64,000 nt of DNA from Patescibacteria group bacterium (GTDB lineage: Bacteria > Patescibacteriota > Minisyncoccia > Portnoybacterales > UBA2143), in contig JAHJSM010000001.1 of the NCBI GenBank assembly GCA_018830295.1, positions 65,980 to 129,979 on the forward strand, written 5' to 3'. Positions 36,862 through 46,825 of the stretch are shown in pieces. The position numbers and the translations under genes were made by a program. The notes beneath the pieces are model-generated. The model ran no database searches, was not told where the DNA came from, and saw only the letters and a program-made list of their open reading frames with translations. Numbering within the stretch: position 1 is the stretch's first letter; each line of letters opens with the position of its first letter.

Positions 36862-37727
36862 ATAATCTCTCAAAAATACTTTGTTCGAAAGATTATAAAA
36901 TTATAGATGGTGTTTTTGTTTTTGAGAAAGAAAAGATTAAAGAATACAAAATTCTTGAAAAAGCGCCATCCGACAATCCATTTAAATATTCTCTTCATTT
37001 TTGGCTTTATAAGAAATATTTAAGGAATTATTTAAAAGCAAAACCTAATGATTTAATCTTAGACATCGGTTGCGGAATAGGACACTCCTTGGATTATTTA
37101 AGCCGATTTTCAAATAATTTAGTCGGCATAGATACCGACCTGACTTCTCTGCTCTACGCGCGAAAAACAACTCAAGCCAAATATGTTTTAACCAAGGCGG
37201 AAAAACTACCATTCAAAGACAATACTTTCGACAAAATAATCAGTTTTAATGTTTTAGAGCATATTAATAATGACCAAGAAGCCATCAAAGAAATGAGAAG
37301 AGTCGCGAAAAACGGAGCAGAAATATTAATTTGGGTCCCATCTCTTGAAGGACCAAGAACAGATTCAAAATTAAAAAAATTAATGCACGAAGAAGAAAGT
37401 GGCGACGAAAAACATTTCAGAGATGGCTATTATATGAACGACCTTAAAAAACTTTTAATTAAAAATGGTATTGAAGTTATAAAGTCCCGTCATACTATAT
37501 TTCTTTTTGCCGAACTTTTCACGGAACTGACTAAATTTTTTTATTCAAAGAAACAAAAAAAATACCAGCGTCAAACTGATATATTTAATGTCACGGAAAG
37601 CAAACTTTTTGCTTTTTACAAAACAATTATGCCCCTAATAGCGCGAGTCGCGTTATTAGAAGATTTTTTATTTTCTTATTCTAAAAAAGGACATGCCTTG
37701 GTGGTTAAAGGAATAGTTAATAAATAA
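36855..37727 (+). CDS. Class I SAM-dependent methyltransferase
   Basis: ILDIGCGIG, LPFKDNTFD, VLEH, EMRRVAK. Confidence 0.9.
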   Translation: MLNNLSKILCSKDYKIIDGVFVFEKEKIKEYKILEKAPSDNPFKYSLHFWLYKKYLRNYLKAKPNDLILDIGCGIGHSLDYLSRFSNNLVGIDTDLTSLLYARKTTQAKYVLTKAEKLPFKDNTFDKIISFNVLEHINNDQEAIKEMRRVAKNGAEILIWVPSLEGPRTDSKLKKLMHEEESGDEKHFRDGYYMNDLKKLLIKNGIEVIKSRHTIFLFAELFTELTKFFYSKKQKKYQRQTDIFNVTESKLFAFYKTIMPLIARVALLEDFLFSYSKKGHALVVKGIVNK

Positions 37728-37728
37728 T

Positions 37729-39447
37729 TTACTTAACTAAATTCATTAGCCACCCCTTGTTCGCGGAAACTTCTATTTCTATTGGTTCAATTGAATTAGA
37801 AGCAATACTTATAACATCACTATAATTAGTGATTTTTTTATTTAATTCGTCGCTATATCCTAAAATATATTTCACTCCGAATTTTTCAAAGGCCTCGTTC
37901 AATTTGTTTTCTTCCAATAAATCCTCTACTGTTTTTTCTTGAAACGAAATAAGGGACTTATCTGTCATATAGTTCAAGTTATTTATTTCTGACGGATTTA
38001 AATTAACAGCAATAATATCTTCATCAGAAATATTCATCTTTTCTATCTCTTGAGCGTATGACTTAATTACTAAGTTAGTATTATGGTCATAAATATTATT
38101 CCAAACAACATGACCAACCAAAACAAAATTATACGAAACCAACATCACAATCACCGCATAGACAACAATTAATTTTTTGCCTTTTAATCCAAAATAATTT
38201 GCGATAGCTTCGGATAAAGATAATATTCCTAAGGTAATTAGTAAAGACAAAGCCCAGCCAAAATCCATTAAATGTGACCTGCTCACTAAAACAGCATATG
38301 AGAAAATAAGAATGGAGGAAATAATCCAATAGAAAATAAAATAATACAAATCCTTATTTTTTCTTCTAATCGCGGCTCCACCAATTAAAATTAGAAGAAA
38401 AACAAAAGCGCCGCCAATACCTTCTAATGAAAAGAATTTTGATATGTGTTTTGATAGCATCATTGTTCCAACCATTAATCTGTCAAACGGATTAATGCGG
38501 CCAAAAGCCAAATTGCTCATATTTTTTTTAAAGTATACTTCGCTTGATAAATCAAGTTCATTATTTTCTATTTGATTTTGAATGTTTCCTATAAATTCAT
38601 CAAACTTAAAATGATAGGTGTATGGGTCAGGAAAAAGATGTCCGTATGAAGCAAAATCAGAGGATTTAGTTTCTTCCGATGTCTCCGTAAATAGAAGTTT
38701 TATATTCGTATTTTCTGTCGCGCTCGGCAGCCAAAAAACAGCGAAGATAATTACAAAAGGAATAAGAATATATGTTAGGGCTAATTTTTTTTTGTAAAAC
38801 AATAAATAAAAGAATAAAAACGGAACAATCAATAAAAATGTCTCTTTAGACAATCCAGCTAAAGCCAAAAACACTCCCGAAATAACTAAATAAAAATAAT
38901 TTTTATTTTCGTTTGTCCCTAAAAAGTAAAACAAGAAAAACAAAGATGAAAAGAATAAGGCAAACTCATAATTACCGAAATAATACGGCAATTGCCAATT
39001 AAATGGTATGAAAACATAAATTAGAGAAAAAATTAAAGCTGTTTTAATATTAAATAAATAAAGAACAACTATTGTGAATATTAATAAAGTTAAAGCATGG
39101 ATAATAACAGATAACAACAGAAAACGACTCTCGCTTGGAAAACCCGTAAATTTAAAAACTTCAGCGTAAGAAAAAGAAGTCAGTTTGTTGCCAAATCTTG
39201 AAAGATGTCCTTCTTCTTCAACCAAATTTGAAGAAAGCAACACATTCAAATCATTCTCTATTGAAAAAGAATCAACCAAATAAAGGTTTCTGGCAATCAA
39301 CGCGTTGGGAGAAACAGTGTAAGCCGTATATCCCTTAAATAAAGCTGGAGCGCGCCAAACAACCACTGCCGAAACAAACACGGCCGCCAAAAATAAGCCA
39401 ACAAGTAAAAAATGTTTAATTTTGCTATTTAAAATTTTTTGTGACAT
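37729..39447 (-). CDS. GT-C fold (ArnT/PMT-like) membrane glycosyltransferase, putative
   Basis: About 11 TM helices, SGVFLALAGLSKE motif, C-terminal external domain ending FGVKYIL. Confidence 0.65.
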   Translation of the reverse strand: MSQKILNSKIKHFLLVGLFLAAVFVSAVVVWRAPALFKGYTAYTVSPNALIARNLYLVDSFSIENDLNVLLSSNLVEEEGHLSRFGNKLTSFSYAEVFKFTGFPSESRFLLLSVIIHALTLLIFTIVVLYLFNIKTALIFSLIYVFIPFNWQLPYYFGNYEFALFFSSLFFLFYFLGTNENKNYFYLVISGVFLALAGLSKETFLLIVPFLFFYLLFYKKKLALTYILIPFVIIFAVFWLPSATENTNIKLLFTETSEETKSSDFASYGHLFPDPYTYHFKFDEFIGNIQNQIENNELDLSSEVYFKKNMSNLAFGRINPFDRLMVGTMMLSKHISKFFSLEGIGGAFVFLLILIGGAAIRRKNKDLYYFIFYWIISSILIFSYAVLVSRSHLMDFGWALSLLITLGILSLSEAIANYFGLKGKKLIVVYAVIVMLVSYNFVLVGHVVWNNIYDHNTNLVIKSYAQEIEKMNISDEDIIAVNLNPSEINNLNYMTDKSLISFQEKTVEDLLEENKLNEAFEKFGVKYILGYSDELNKKITNYSDVISIASNSIEPIEIEVSANKGWLMNLVK

Positions 39448-39448
39448 T

Positions 39449-40357
39449 TTATTTTGTCGCTTTCTTTATTCCTTGAACGCGATAATAATCTAAAATTTTG
39501 ACATAAATTATTTTGGGCAAGGGAATAAGCAACTTATCTAAAAAACAAATAATTTCGGTCGTTAAAAACATTATTGGCTTACTAAAAATAAGTTTTTTAA
39601 AAAATAATCTTATCGGATTCTTAGTTTCTTTATATTTAGACTTATATTCAAGTGCTGGGATTTTTTGAGCAAGAATAATAGATGATTGTCCTTTGTTAAA
39701 CATTGTTTTTTGATAACTCTTAAAATTAATTGGATGATTGTGATAAGCGACTGCCTTTTTATTAAAAACTGTTCTCATCCCATTTTTAAATAATCTATAT
39801 CCCAATTCTGAATCTTCGTAGGCGGCATACGGAAATTCTTCGTCAAATAATTCTGTTTTTTCTAAAAATTTTTTACGAATAGAAACATTAGAGGTATAAA
39901 AATATCCCCAATCAACATTGTTTTCATCGTTAATAGACGGATAAGCGAAATGATAATCGGTAATATATTTTCTAAAAGGAGTTATTCTGATTTGAGGCGC
40001 CCATTTAGTATAACCCAAAACTGATATATTCTCATTTGCTGTTCTGTGAATATTAATATGTTCCTCAAGTAAATTTTCTGAAGGAATTATGTCATCTCCT
40101 GTGAAAAAAATAATTTCGTTTTTTGCTTGTTTGATGCCAAGATTTCGAGCGCTGGCAGGACCTTTATTCTGTTGGAAAATATATTTTATTTTGAGAGACA
40201 AATTTATCCCTTTAACAACCTCCTCTGTCCCATCAGTGCTTCCATCGTCCACAATAATAATTTCAAAATTTTTGTATGATTGTCGAGAAAATGCTTTAAG
40301 CGTTTCAATTAAAGTATCTCTTCTATTGTAAGTTGGGATAACTACACTTAATTTCAT
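39449..40357 (-). CDS. GT2 glycosyltransferase
   Basis: SVVIPTYNR, VDDGSTD, GPASARN.G, TGDD, YEDSELGYRL. Confidence 0.93.
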   Translation of the reverse strand: MKLSVVIPTYNRRDTLIETLKAFSRQSYKNFEIIIVDDGSTDGTEEVVKGINLSLKIKYIFQQNKGPASARNLGIKQAKNEIIFFTGDDIIPSENLLEEHINIHRTANENISVLGYTKWAPQIRITPFRKYITDYHFAYPSINDENNVDWGYFYTSNVSIRKKFLEKTELFDEEFPYAAYEDSELGYRLFKNGMRTVFNKKAVAYHNHPINFKSYQKTMFNKGQSSIILAQKIPALEYKSKYKETKNPIRLFFKKLIFSKPIMFLTTEIICFLDKLLIPLPKIIYVKILDYYRVQGIKKATK

Positions 40358-41442
40358 TAATATTCACCTTTAATAATTTTGAAAATCATTTTTGGGCTTA
40401 AATAAATATTTGGAATTTGGTAGCATGAATGCGCGCAATAACATTCTTTTTTTCTAATTGATTTTCTCATTCTTTTTGCTTCTTCTGATTGCCAGATTTC
40501 AGTCAAATCATAATCAAATTCTCTTAAGTTGCCAATTTTTTTTCTGTTTTCGCAAGGGTAAACATTACCCAAGGCGTCAACCACTGGATAAAAAGCGGAT
40601 ATGCGGCAAGAGATAATTTGCTTTTTTTTTCTCAAAATATCCAAAGATAATCTGTGATAAATCGGAATAATCACTCTTTTATAAAAATTATTTTCGTTTT
40701 TATTTTCTTTTTTTAATATCTCTACAACTTGGGCAAATTTGTTCAAATCCGCTTCCTTTACTTTACTTTGATTATAATCCCCTCTCAATAACTCTAATCC
40801 GCCATAAATATCCGCCTCTGGTAGATTGTTTTCAACATATTTTACTAAATCAACAACTTTATCAATGTTTAAGTTAAAAACCGTCGTACATATTCTTAAT
40901 CTTAATTTTGAATATTTTTTCTTTAATTTAGACAGCCCCCTATAGGTTTCCAAGAATTTTTCAAAATTACCTTCAATTCCCCTAATTTTATCATGGTCCT
41001 TGCCAATGCCATCCAATGACAATCCAATCTTAACTCCGCCCTTAAATCTATTTAATATTTCCTCTGTTTTGGTTAAAATTTTATCAACCGATAAACAGTT
41101 GGTCGGAATAGCCACCATCTTAATATTGTTGTTTCTATTAAAACAACCAACGATTTCCACTAAATCATCCCGTAAAAATGGCTCGCCGCCCCCGATAGTT
41201 ACGGTATGCAAATCACCCAATTTTTTAGTAAATTTTTCTATCTCTTTTAGGGTCAACTCTTTATCTATGTCTTTGTTTAAAATTTTCCAATTAAAACAAG
41301 TAACACAACGAGAATTGCAAACATTAGTTATTTGAAAAATCAAACTATAAAAAGGTTTGGATCTCCCAGGCAAAGACCTCAAAAAAAACTTTATATAATC
41401 TGGATTATTTTTATAAAAACTTAACAATGGTCTAAAATTCAT
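40357..41442 (-). CDS. Radical SAM / SPASM-twitch enzyme A
   Basis: CNSRCVTC, GGEPFLR, SLDG...HDKIRG, C...GNVYPCE, CYCAHSC. Confidence 0.9.
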   Translation of the reverse strand: MNFRPLLSFYKNNPDYIKFFLRSLPGRSKPFYSLIFQITNVCNSRCVTCFNWKILNKDIDKELTLKEIEKFTKKLGDLHTVTIGGGEPFLRDDLVEIVGCFNRNNNIKMVAIPTNCLSVDKILTKTEEILNRFKGGVKIGLSLDGIGKDHDKIRGIEGNFEKFLETYRGLSKLKKKYSKLRLRICTTVFNLNIDKVVDLVKYVENNLPEADIYGGLELLRGDYNQSKVKEADLNKFAQVVEILKKENKNENNFYKRVIIPIYHRLSLDILRKKKQIISCRISAFYPVVDALGNVYPCENRKKIGNLREFDYDLTEIWQSEEAKRMRKSIRKKECYCAHSCYQIPNIYLSPKMIFKIIKGEY

Positions 41443-42397
41443 AAATGCGCTTTTTAATTATTTTTAACATATACCACGGCGTCCAAACAAGAACCGTCCA
41501 CAAAAATTGAGGAGTAAAAATGAAAACGAATCTAATTAAAAAAGTAATCTTATACTTAAAATTAGCATGTCTTATATAAAAGATAAAGCGGTTTCTGTAA
41601 TGCCTATATTTTTGTCCATTAACATTAGACAAATATCGTCTAATTATTTTTAGGTAAATTTTAATTCTTGCGATTATTTTTTTATTCTCAATCTGCGACA
41701 TTAAATCATCTAAAAAAACATGACTAGCCGTAGCTGACTTAATGTGCCAAACGCCACCAAATGGAATATAGAGAACTTGATAGCCGGCTTTTTTTGCTTT
41801 TTGACACCAATCAGCATCTTCATAAAAAGCAAAGAACACATCATCTAATAATCCAATCTTATCCACTACTTCTTTTTTAATCATTAATGAACAACCCGTA
41901 ATAAAATCGACTTCTTTTTTTGAATCGCCTATCAATTCTTTGTCTGTTAATCCTCTGCCCAAATGGAAACTATCGCTCTTTGCCCAATCTATTTTCCCGC
42001 CAGCAAACCAAATTTCATTTGGCTTGTCCATGAAGTATATTTTTGGACCAACGATGCCCATCTCCGGCGAACTTTCTAACTCCCCAACCAAAACCTCAAT
42101 TAGTTTTGAATGAATTTTTGTGTCATCATTCAATAAAAAAAGAATTTCTCCTTCTGCCTGTTTTATTCCTTCATTATTACCCCCTGTAAAACCTAAGTTT
42201 TTTTCTTTTTTAATCAACCTGACTTCTGGAAATTTTTTACTAATCAATTCTGGCGTTCCATCTTTTGAACCATTATCAACCACGATAATTTCATAATTTG
42301 GATAAGTTGATTTAAGAACCGATTCAAGACAATCAGAGACATGCCGGATGCCATTCCATGTGACAATAATAATGGATACTTTAGGATAATTTTTCAT
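41432..42397 (-). CDS. GT2 glycosyltransferase (RfbF/WbbL-like)
   Basis: SIIIVTWN, VDNGSKD, NLGFTGGNN, LLNDD, EDADW. Start set at MKNYPKV. Confidence 0.9.
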   Translation of the reverse strand: MKNYPKVSIIIVTWNGIRHVSDCLESVLKSTYPNYEIIVVDNGSKDGTPELISKKFPEVRLIKKEKNLGFTGGNNEGIKQAEGEILFLLNDDTKIHSKLIEVLVGELESSPEMGIVGPKIYFMDKPNEIWFAGGKIDWAKSDSFHLGRGLTDKELIGDSKKEVDFITGCSLMIKKEVVDKIGLLDDVFFAFYEDADWCQKAKKAGYQVLYIPFGGVWHIKSATASHVFLDDLMSQIENKKIIARIKIYLKIIRRYLSNVNGQKYRHYRNRFIFYIRHANFKYKITFLIRFVFIFTPQFLWTVLVWTPWYMLKIIKKRIYEF

Positions 42398-43700
42398 TTT
42401 TAAAAATATTTCTAACAACAAAAAGATGTAACGCCAAAAAGAAAGCAGAACAAAAAATTAAGGATAAAATCACGGCCATTAGAGCGCTATAAATTTTCAC
42501 TAAAATAAATATCAACAAAGCCATTACCGCCACATGGAAAATATTGAGTATAATGGAAATTTTCATTTTATTGACCGTTCTATAAAAAGCGCTCAAACCG
42601 ACGCTAAAACCGGAAAAAATAATTAAAACAGCCAAATAATACACTATCTGGATACTGTGAATATACTCCATCCCATAAAAAAATTTAATTAGATAAGGAG
42701 CTAAAATAATAAAAGGAATAATCAACAGAGCAGAGATAAAACCCGAATAAAAAACTGTTTTGTAAAAATGGTTTTTTAGAGTTTGTAAATTATATGTCTT
42801 AGATTTCGGCAATTGAACAGTCAAAAGACGAGCAACTGGCTCCAAAAGCATTGAGGGAATAGCAATATATCCAAAAGCAATTTTAAAATAACCTACTTCC
42901 TGAACAGAAGCAAAAATACCTAAAAATATAACTGGCAAAATAGAAATAAGATTACCTATATTCTTATCCAAGGCAATTGAAAAACCAAAATTAAAATATT
43001 TCTTTAATCTTATTTGCTTGAAATTAGAAAATATTTGTCTAAAGGTTGGTAAAAGCTCGTCTTTCTTAATTAACGAAAAATAATAGATGATAGATAAAAT
43101 AAAAAGAACAAGAGCAGATATAAAATTACCCCAAACCACTCCAAGCAAACCCCAGCCCAATAAAACAAAAACGATGGGCAACAAACTATAAATGAATTTA
43201 TTAAAGGTCTCTAAAATTGTTAACTCTTTAATTCTGCGAAGAACCTGTAAAACAATTATAAGAAAATTATAAATAACACTCAAAAAAGTAGCTAATAAAA
43301 CCATTCTTGCCCAATGGCCTATCTGACTATTATGATAAAGCAAATTAGTTAAAAAGGGGGCTAAAAAAACGCTTAGTATCCCTACCGCGCCAACAGCCAA
43401 AAGAGTAATTTTTAAAAAATAAGTCAGAACATTCTTAATTTCCTGTTTATCCTTTTTAGCATAGACCCCAGCCAAAAGCGTCAAACCAGCATACATTCCG
43501 CCCCAATTCATAAAAATTCCAACTAAACCAACAAAAGCAAAAATCAAGCCGTAAATTCCATATAATTCAGGACGCAACAAACGAGCCAAAACAACAGAAG
43601 TAGATACGCTCAGAAGAATAGAAAAAAACTTACCCACCTGCAAAATACCGACATCTTGGACAAATGATATTTTAGTAAAATCTTTAAATTTAGAAATCAT
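42381..43700 (-). CDS. Wzx-type oligosaccharide flippase
   Basis: LARLLRPELYGIY, EVGYFKIA, FFYGMEY; about 12 TM helices. Confidence 0.88.
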   Translation of the reverse strand: MISKFKDFTKISFVQDVGILQVGKFFSILLSVSTSVVLARLLRPELYGIYGLIFAFVGLVGIFMNWGGMYAGLTLLAGVYAKKDKQEIKNVLTYFLKITLLAVGAVGILSVFLAPFLTNLLYHNSQIGHWARMVLLATFLSVIYNFLIIVLQVLRRIKELTILETFNKFIYSLLPIVFVLLGWGLLGVVWGNFISALVLFILSIIYYFSLIKKDELLPTFRQIFSNFKQIRLKKYFNFGFSIALDKNIGNLISILPVIFLGIFASVQEVGYFKIAFGYIAIPSMLLEPVARLLTVQLPKSKTYNLQTLKNHFYKTVFYSGFISALLIIPFIILAPYLIKFFYGMEYIHSIQIVYYLAVLIIFSGFSVGLSAFYRTVNKMKISIILNIFHVAVMALLIFILVKIYSALMAVILSLIFCSAFFLALHLFVVRNIFKNEKLS

Positions 43701-43713
43701 TTTTCGGTCTTCA

Positions 43714-45735
43714 TTAAATTACTTTCCACAGAAAATATCCTTCTTTTTCAAAAATTAATTCAAATAAATCAGGTCTTCCTTTTATTGTGTTAAAAAAATC
43801 TTGCCAAAAAGAACGATGCGCGTTTTCGGTGATATATTTAATATCATTTTTTTGGAAAAGATCATAAATTTCTTGAGCCGTTAAACTGTTGCAAGGCCGC
43901 AAATCATTAGTAACGCGGTAAAGAGTGTGACTATCCGGACCAACTACCTTGTAATTATGGTACCACGCCAAATAAGTGGGGAAAGCCACATAAATATAAA
44001 AATCCTTATTATCACCCTCTATTTCTTTAATTTGACTGGCGACTTCGGGCAAAATGCCATACGCTTCCATTTTAGGAAAAACAAACTGCTTATGATTTAT
44101 AAAAAACATTAAAGCCAACCCAAAAGTATTGATAATTAACAAAATAACAATATATCCGATAACTAACTTTCGTAAAAGTATCCCTTCAAATCGCTGTAAA
44201 TATCTCCAAGTTAGAATAACAAGAATTAAAAATAAAATAGGCAGCCAAATATTGAGCCAACTAATTTGAATTGTGCTTATAGTAACTAAATAAGAACAAA
44301 ATATCAACAAAAAGAGATATGAACAATATTTCTTTTTAGACAATAAAAAATAAAAAAAGAGCGACAACACTATTGCCATAGCCAACCTGTGTTCGTAGAT
44401 GAATTGGCTGAAAACAAAAAAAATGTTTAATGATTTTTCGAAAAGAGCGATAAAATAACTTTTAGATGAATATACCTCCGTTCTTAATATCCCCAAAAGC
44501 GCCAAAAAAAAGAAAAAAGACGAAAGAACTCTTGATTTAAGATGTTCTATGCCAATTAAGCCATAAATTACTAAAATCCCTAAAACTGGATACAAATAAC
44601 GAGTAATCGCGCCTGGGGCAAGAAAAAAGAAATTTGTTAAAAATAAAAATAGCAAAATTAGAAACATATATTGAATTTTCTTCTTTTTCCAAAATCCATA
44701 AAAAGAAAAAAGAACAAAAGGAAAAACAAACAAAAATTCCTTGGCAATAAATCCAAATCTAATAAATATATTATTAAAAGAAGACGGGGTGTATAGAGCA
44801 TACGACGCGCTCGCGGCTTTAATCAATTCATAATACCGCCCTCTAAATAATTCGTTAAAAAAGGCCGCCATCGGATTATCGTAAATAATATAATTTCTAG
44901 CAAGCCAAAAAATAATTGGCAAGAAAATGAAAACAGAATAAGACCAGAAATACTTTCTAATTGCTTTGTCTTTAATGATTATTAGAAGTAACGGCAATAC
45001 TAAAAACAAACCAGTAAATTTTGAAGCAATAGCTAAAACCGAACTAAAAAGCATTAAAAAGAAATAAAATAAATTATTGCTTTGTTGATACTTTTCTAAA
45101 TAATAGAAAAAAGCAGTAAAGAAAAATATAATTAGCGGTTCTTGAATGAGATCCCATCCGTATTTTATTGTCACAGGATTAACCAAAAAAAGCAGAACAA
45201 CAAAAATAAGATATTTTTTAGTTATCCCACTTTCTCGCGCCCATTGATATAACAAAAGAGCCGTTGCCGCCATAAAAAAAAGTGGCACAGCAAAGACAAA
45301 GATTTCTTTAAACGGCAAAAAAACAAAAACTGTTGCGAACAAAAGCGGCAAGAACGGCATCCGACAATTTATAAAAGAGGGGATATTCAATAAAAAGTCC
45401 GGCATTTTACCTTGTAAAACAATTTCCCTTGCCCAAGGCAACCAATAATTCAAAGCATCTCCGGTAAAATATCCCTTAAACAAGAAAAAACCAATAAATA
45501 GTAACGGAACGAAAATAAAAAAATAAAGATAATATTTAGAAAATACAATCCGGCGGTGAAAAACAAAAACAAAAAAAACAGCTACCAAAAAAACCGCGCT
45601 TATCCAGTATTTATTAAATAAGCCCGACAAACTTAGAAACAACAAAACAGAAAAAAGATAATAAGACAAAACAACAATTAGATCTATAAGATCAATTTTA
45701 ATTGTTTCCGAGAAATATTTTTTTATTTTATCCAT
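43714..45735 (-). CDS. GT-C fold membrane glycosyltransferase, putative
   Basis: GDALNYWLPWA loop, ASKFTG, WLARNYIIYDNP, RYLYP; many TM helices; C-terminal DIKYI domain. Confidence 0.65.
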   Translation of the reverse strand: MDKIKKYFSETIKIDLIDLIVVLSYYLFSVLLFLSLSGLFNKYWISAVFLVAVFFVFVFHRRIVFSKYYLYFFIFVPLLFIGFFLFKGYFTGDALNYWLPWAREIVLQGKMPDFLLNIPSFINCRMPFLPLLFATVFVFLPFKEIFVFAVPLFFMAATALLLYQWARESGITKKYLIFVVLLFLVNPVTIKYGWDLIQEPLIIFFFTAFFYYLEKYQQSNNLFYFFLMLFSSVLAIASKFTGLFLVLPLLLIIIKDKAIRKYFWSYSVFIFLPIIFWLARNYIIYDNPMAAFFNELFRGRYYELIKAASASYALYTPSSFNNIFIRFGFIAKEFLFVFPFVLFSFYGFWKKKKIQYMFLILLFLFLTNFFFLAPGAITRYLYPVLGILVIYGLIGIEHLKSRVLSSFFFFLALLGILRTEVYSSKSYFIALFEKSLNIFFVFSQFIYEHRLAMAIVLSLFFYFLLSKKKYCSYLFLLIFCSYLVTISTIQISWLNIWLPILFLILVILTWRYLQRFEGILLRKLVIGYIVILLIINTFGLALMFFINHKQFVFPKMEAYGILPEVASQIKEIEGDNKDFYIYVAFPTYLAWYHNYKVVGPDSHTLYRVTNDLRPCNSLTAQEIYDLFQKNDIKYITENAHRSFWQDFFNTIKGRPDLFELIFEKEGYFLWKVI

Positions 45736-45804
45736 TGTTTCATCTCTTCTTATTCTAATTGAATTGTGGACAAAAAGCCAGAAAACAGATAGAATGGGAT
45801 AAGA

Positions 45805-46488
45805 GTGAATTTAATAATTATGAACCCTTTCGTAATCATTCCGGCTTGCAATGAAGAGAAAACCATATCTCAAGTTATTGAGGGGGTTAGAGAATATACT
45901 GAAAATATTATTGTTATTGACGACGGATCAAATGATAGCACTTATGAATTGGCTCGCAAATCAACCCAAAACATTCAAAACGCCGTTGTCTTAAGACATA
46001 ATGTCAATTTAGGAAAGGGCGCCGCGCTGAAAACAGGATGCCAAGCGGCAATTCAATTAGGTTCCGAGGTAATTGTTTTAATAGACGCCGATGGTCAGCA
46101 CTCTCCTGCAGACATACCAAATTTGGTCAAGAAACTACAAGAAGAAAAATTAGATATTGTTTTTGGGTCAAGAAAAATCAATAGAGAAATTCCTTTTGTA
46201 AGGTTTTTAGGAAACAGATTTTTAACTAAATCAATAAACTTCCTTTCATGTGTGTCAATAACTGATACTCAATCAGGATTTAAAGCATTCAGGTCTGAAA
46301 TTTACCCAAAGATCGCATGGACATCAAGTGATTATAGAGCTGAAACAGAAATGATTATTAATGTAGGGAAAAATAATTTAAAATACGGGCAAACACCAAT
46401 TCAAACAATTTACAAAAACGCTCATAAGGGCGCGACTATTATTGACGGGATAAAAATATTTTTTAATCTTTTGAAGTGGAAGTTATAA
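45805..46488 (+). CDS. GT2 DPM1-like glycosyltransferase
   Basis: IIPACNE, IDDGSND, NLGKGAAL, DADGQH, DTQSGFKA. Confidence 0.92.
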   Translation: MNLIIMNPFVIIPACNEEKTISQVIEGVREYTENIIVIDDGSNDSTYELARKSTQNIQNAVVLRHNVNLGKGAALKTGCQAAIQLGSEVIVLIDADGQHSPADIPNLVKKLQEEKLDIVFGSRKINREIPFVRFLGNRFLTKSINFLSCVSITDTQSGFKAFRSEIYPKIAWTSSDYRAETEMIINVGKNNLKYGQTPIQTIYKNAHKGATIIDGIKIFFNLLKWKL

Positions 46489-46492
46489 TTTT

Positions 46493-46825
46493 ATGATTTT
46501 AGGAATTCAAATTATAGGAATCATTTTCGGCCTTTTAATGATTTATTTTAGTTTTCTGCATTATAAGCGCCAAGAATTTAGCAAGATTCAATTTTTGTTT
46601 TGGGAGATTGTTTGGGGCGTATTTATCTTAATTGTTGTTTTTCCAAAAATAACCAATGGCATTGTTCATAAAATGGGCGTAAATAGAGCGATGGATCTGC
46701 TAACAATTTTAGGGCTTATGTTTATCACCTTTATGACTTTCTATAATTACACTTCAATTTATAGGCTTAAACAAAAATTAGAAGAAAAAGTCAGAAAAGA
46801 AACCTTGAGAGAATTAGACAAATGA
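46493..46825 (+). CDS. DUF2304-family small membrane protein
   Basis: Three TM helices, FP...MGVNRAMD; typical position right after a DPM1-like GT2. Confidence 0.8.
   Translation: MILGIQIIGIIFGLLMIYFSFLHYKRQEFSKIQFLFWEIVWGVFILIVVFPKITNGIVHKMGVNRAMDLLTILGLMFITFMTFYNYTSIYRLKQKLEEKVRKETLRELDK

Noticed and set aside
37711-37744. Imperfect inverted repeat at a convergent gene junction as an invertible-segment end
   Set aside because: It is AT-rich and imperfect. I found no matching repeat at the other strand switches (45.7 kb, 58.15 kb) and no invertase.
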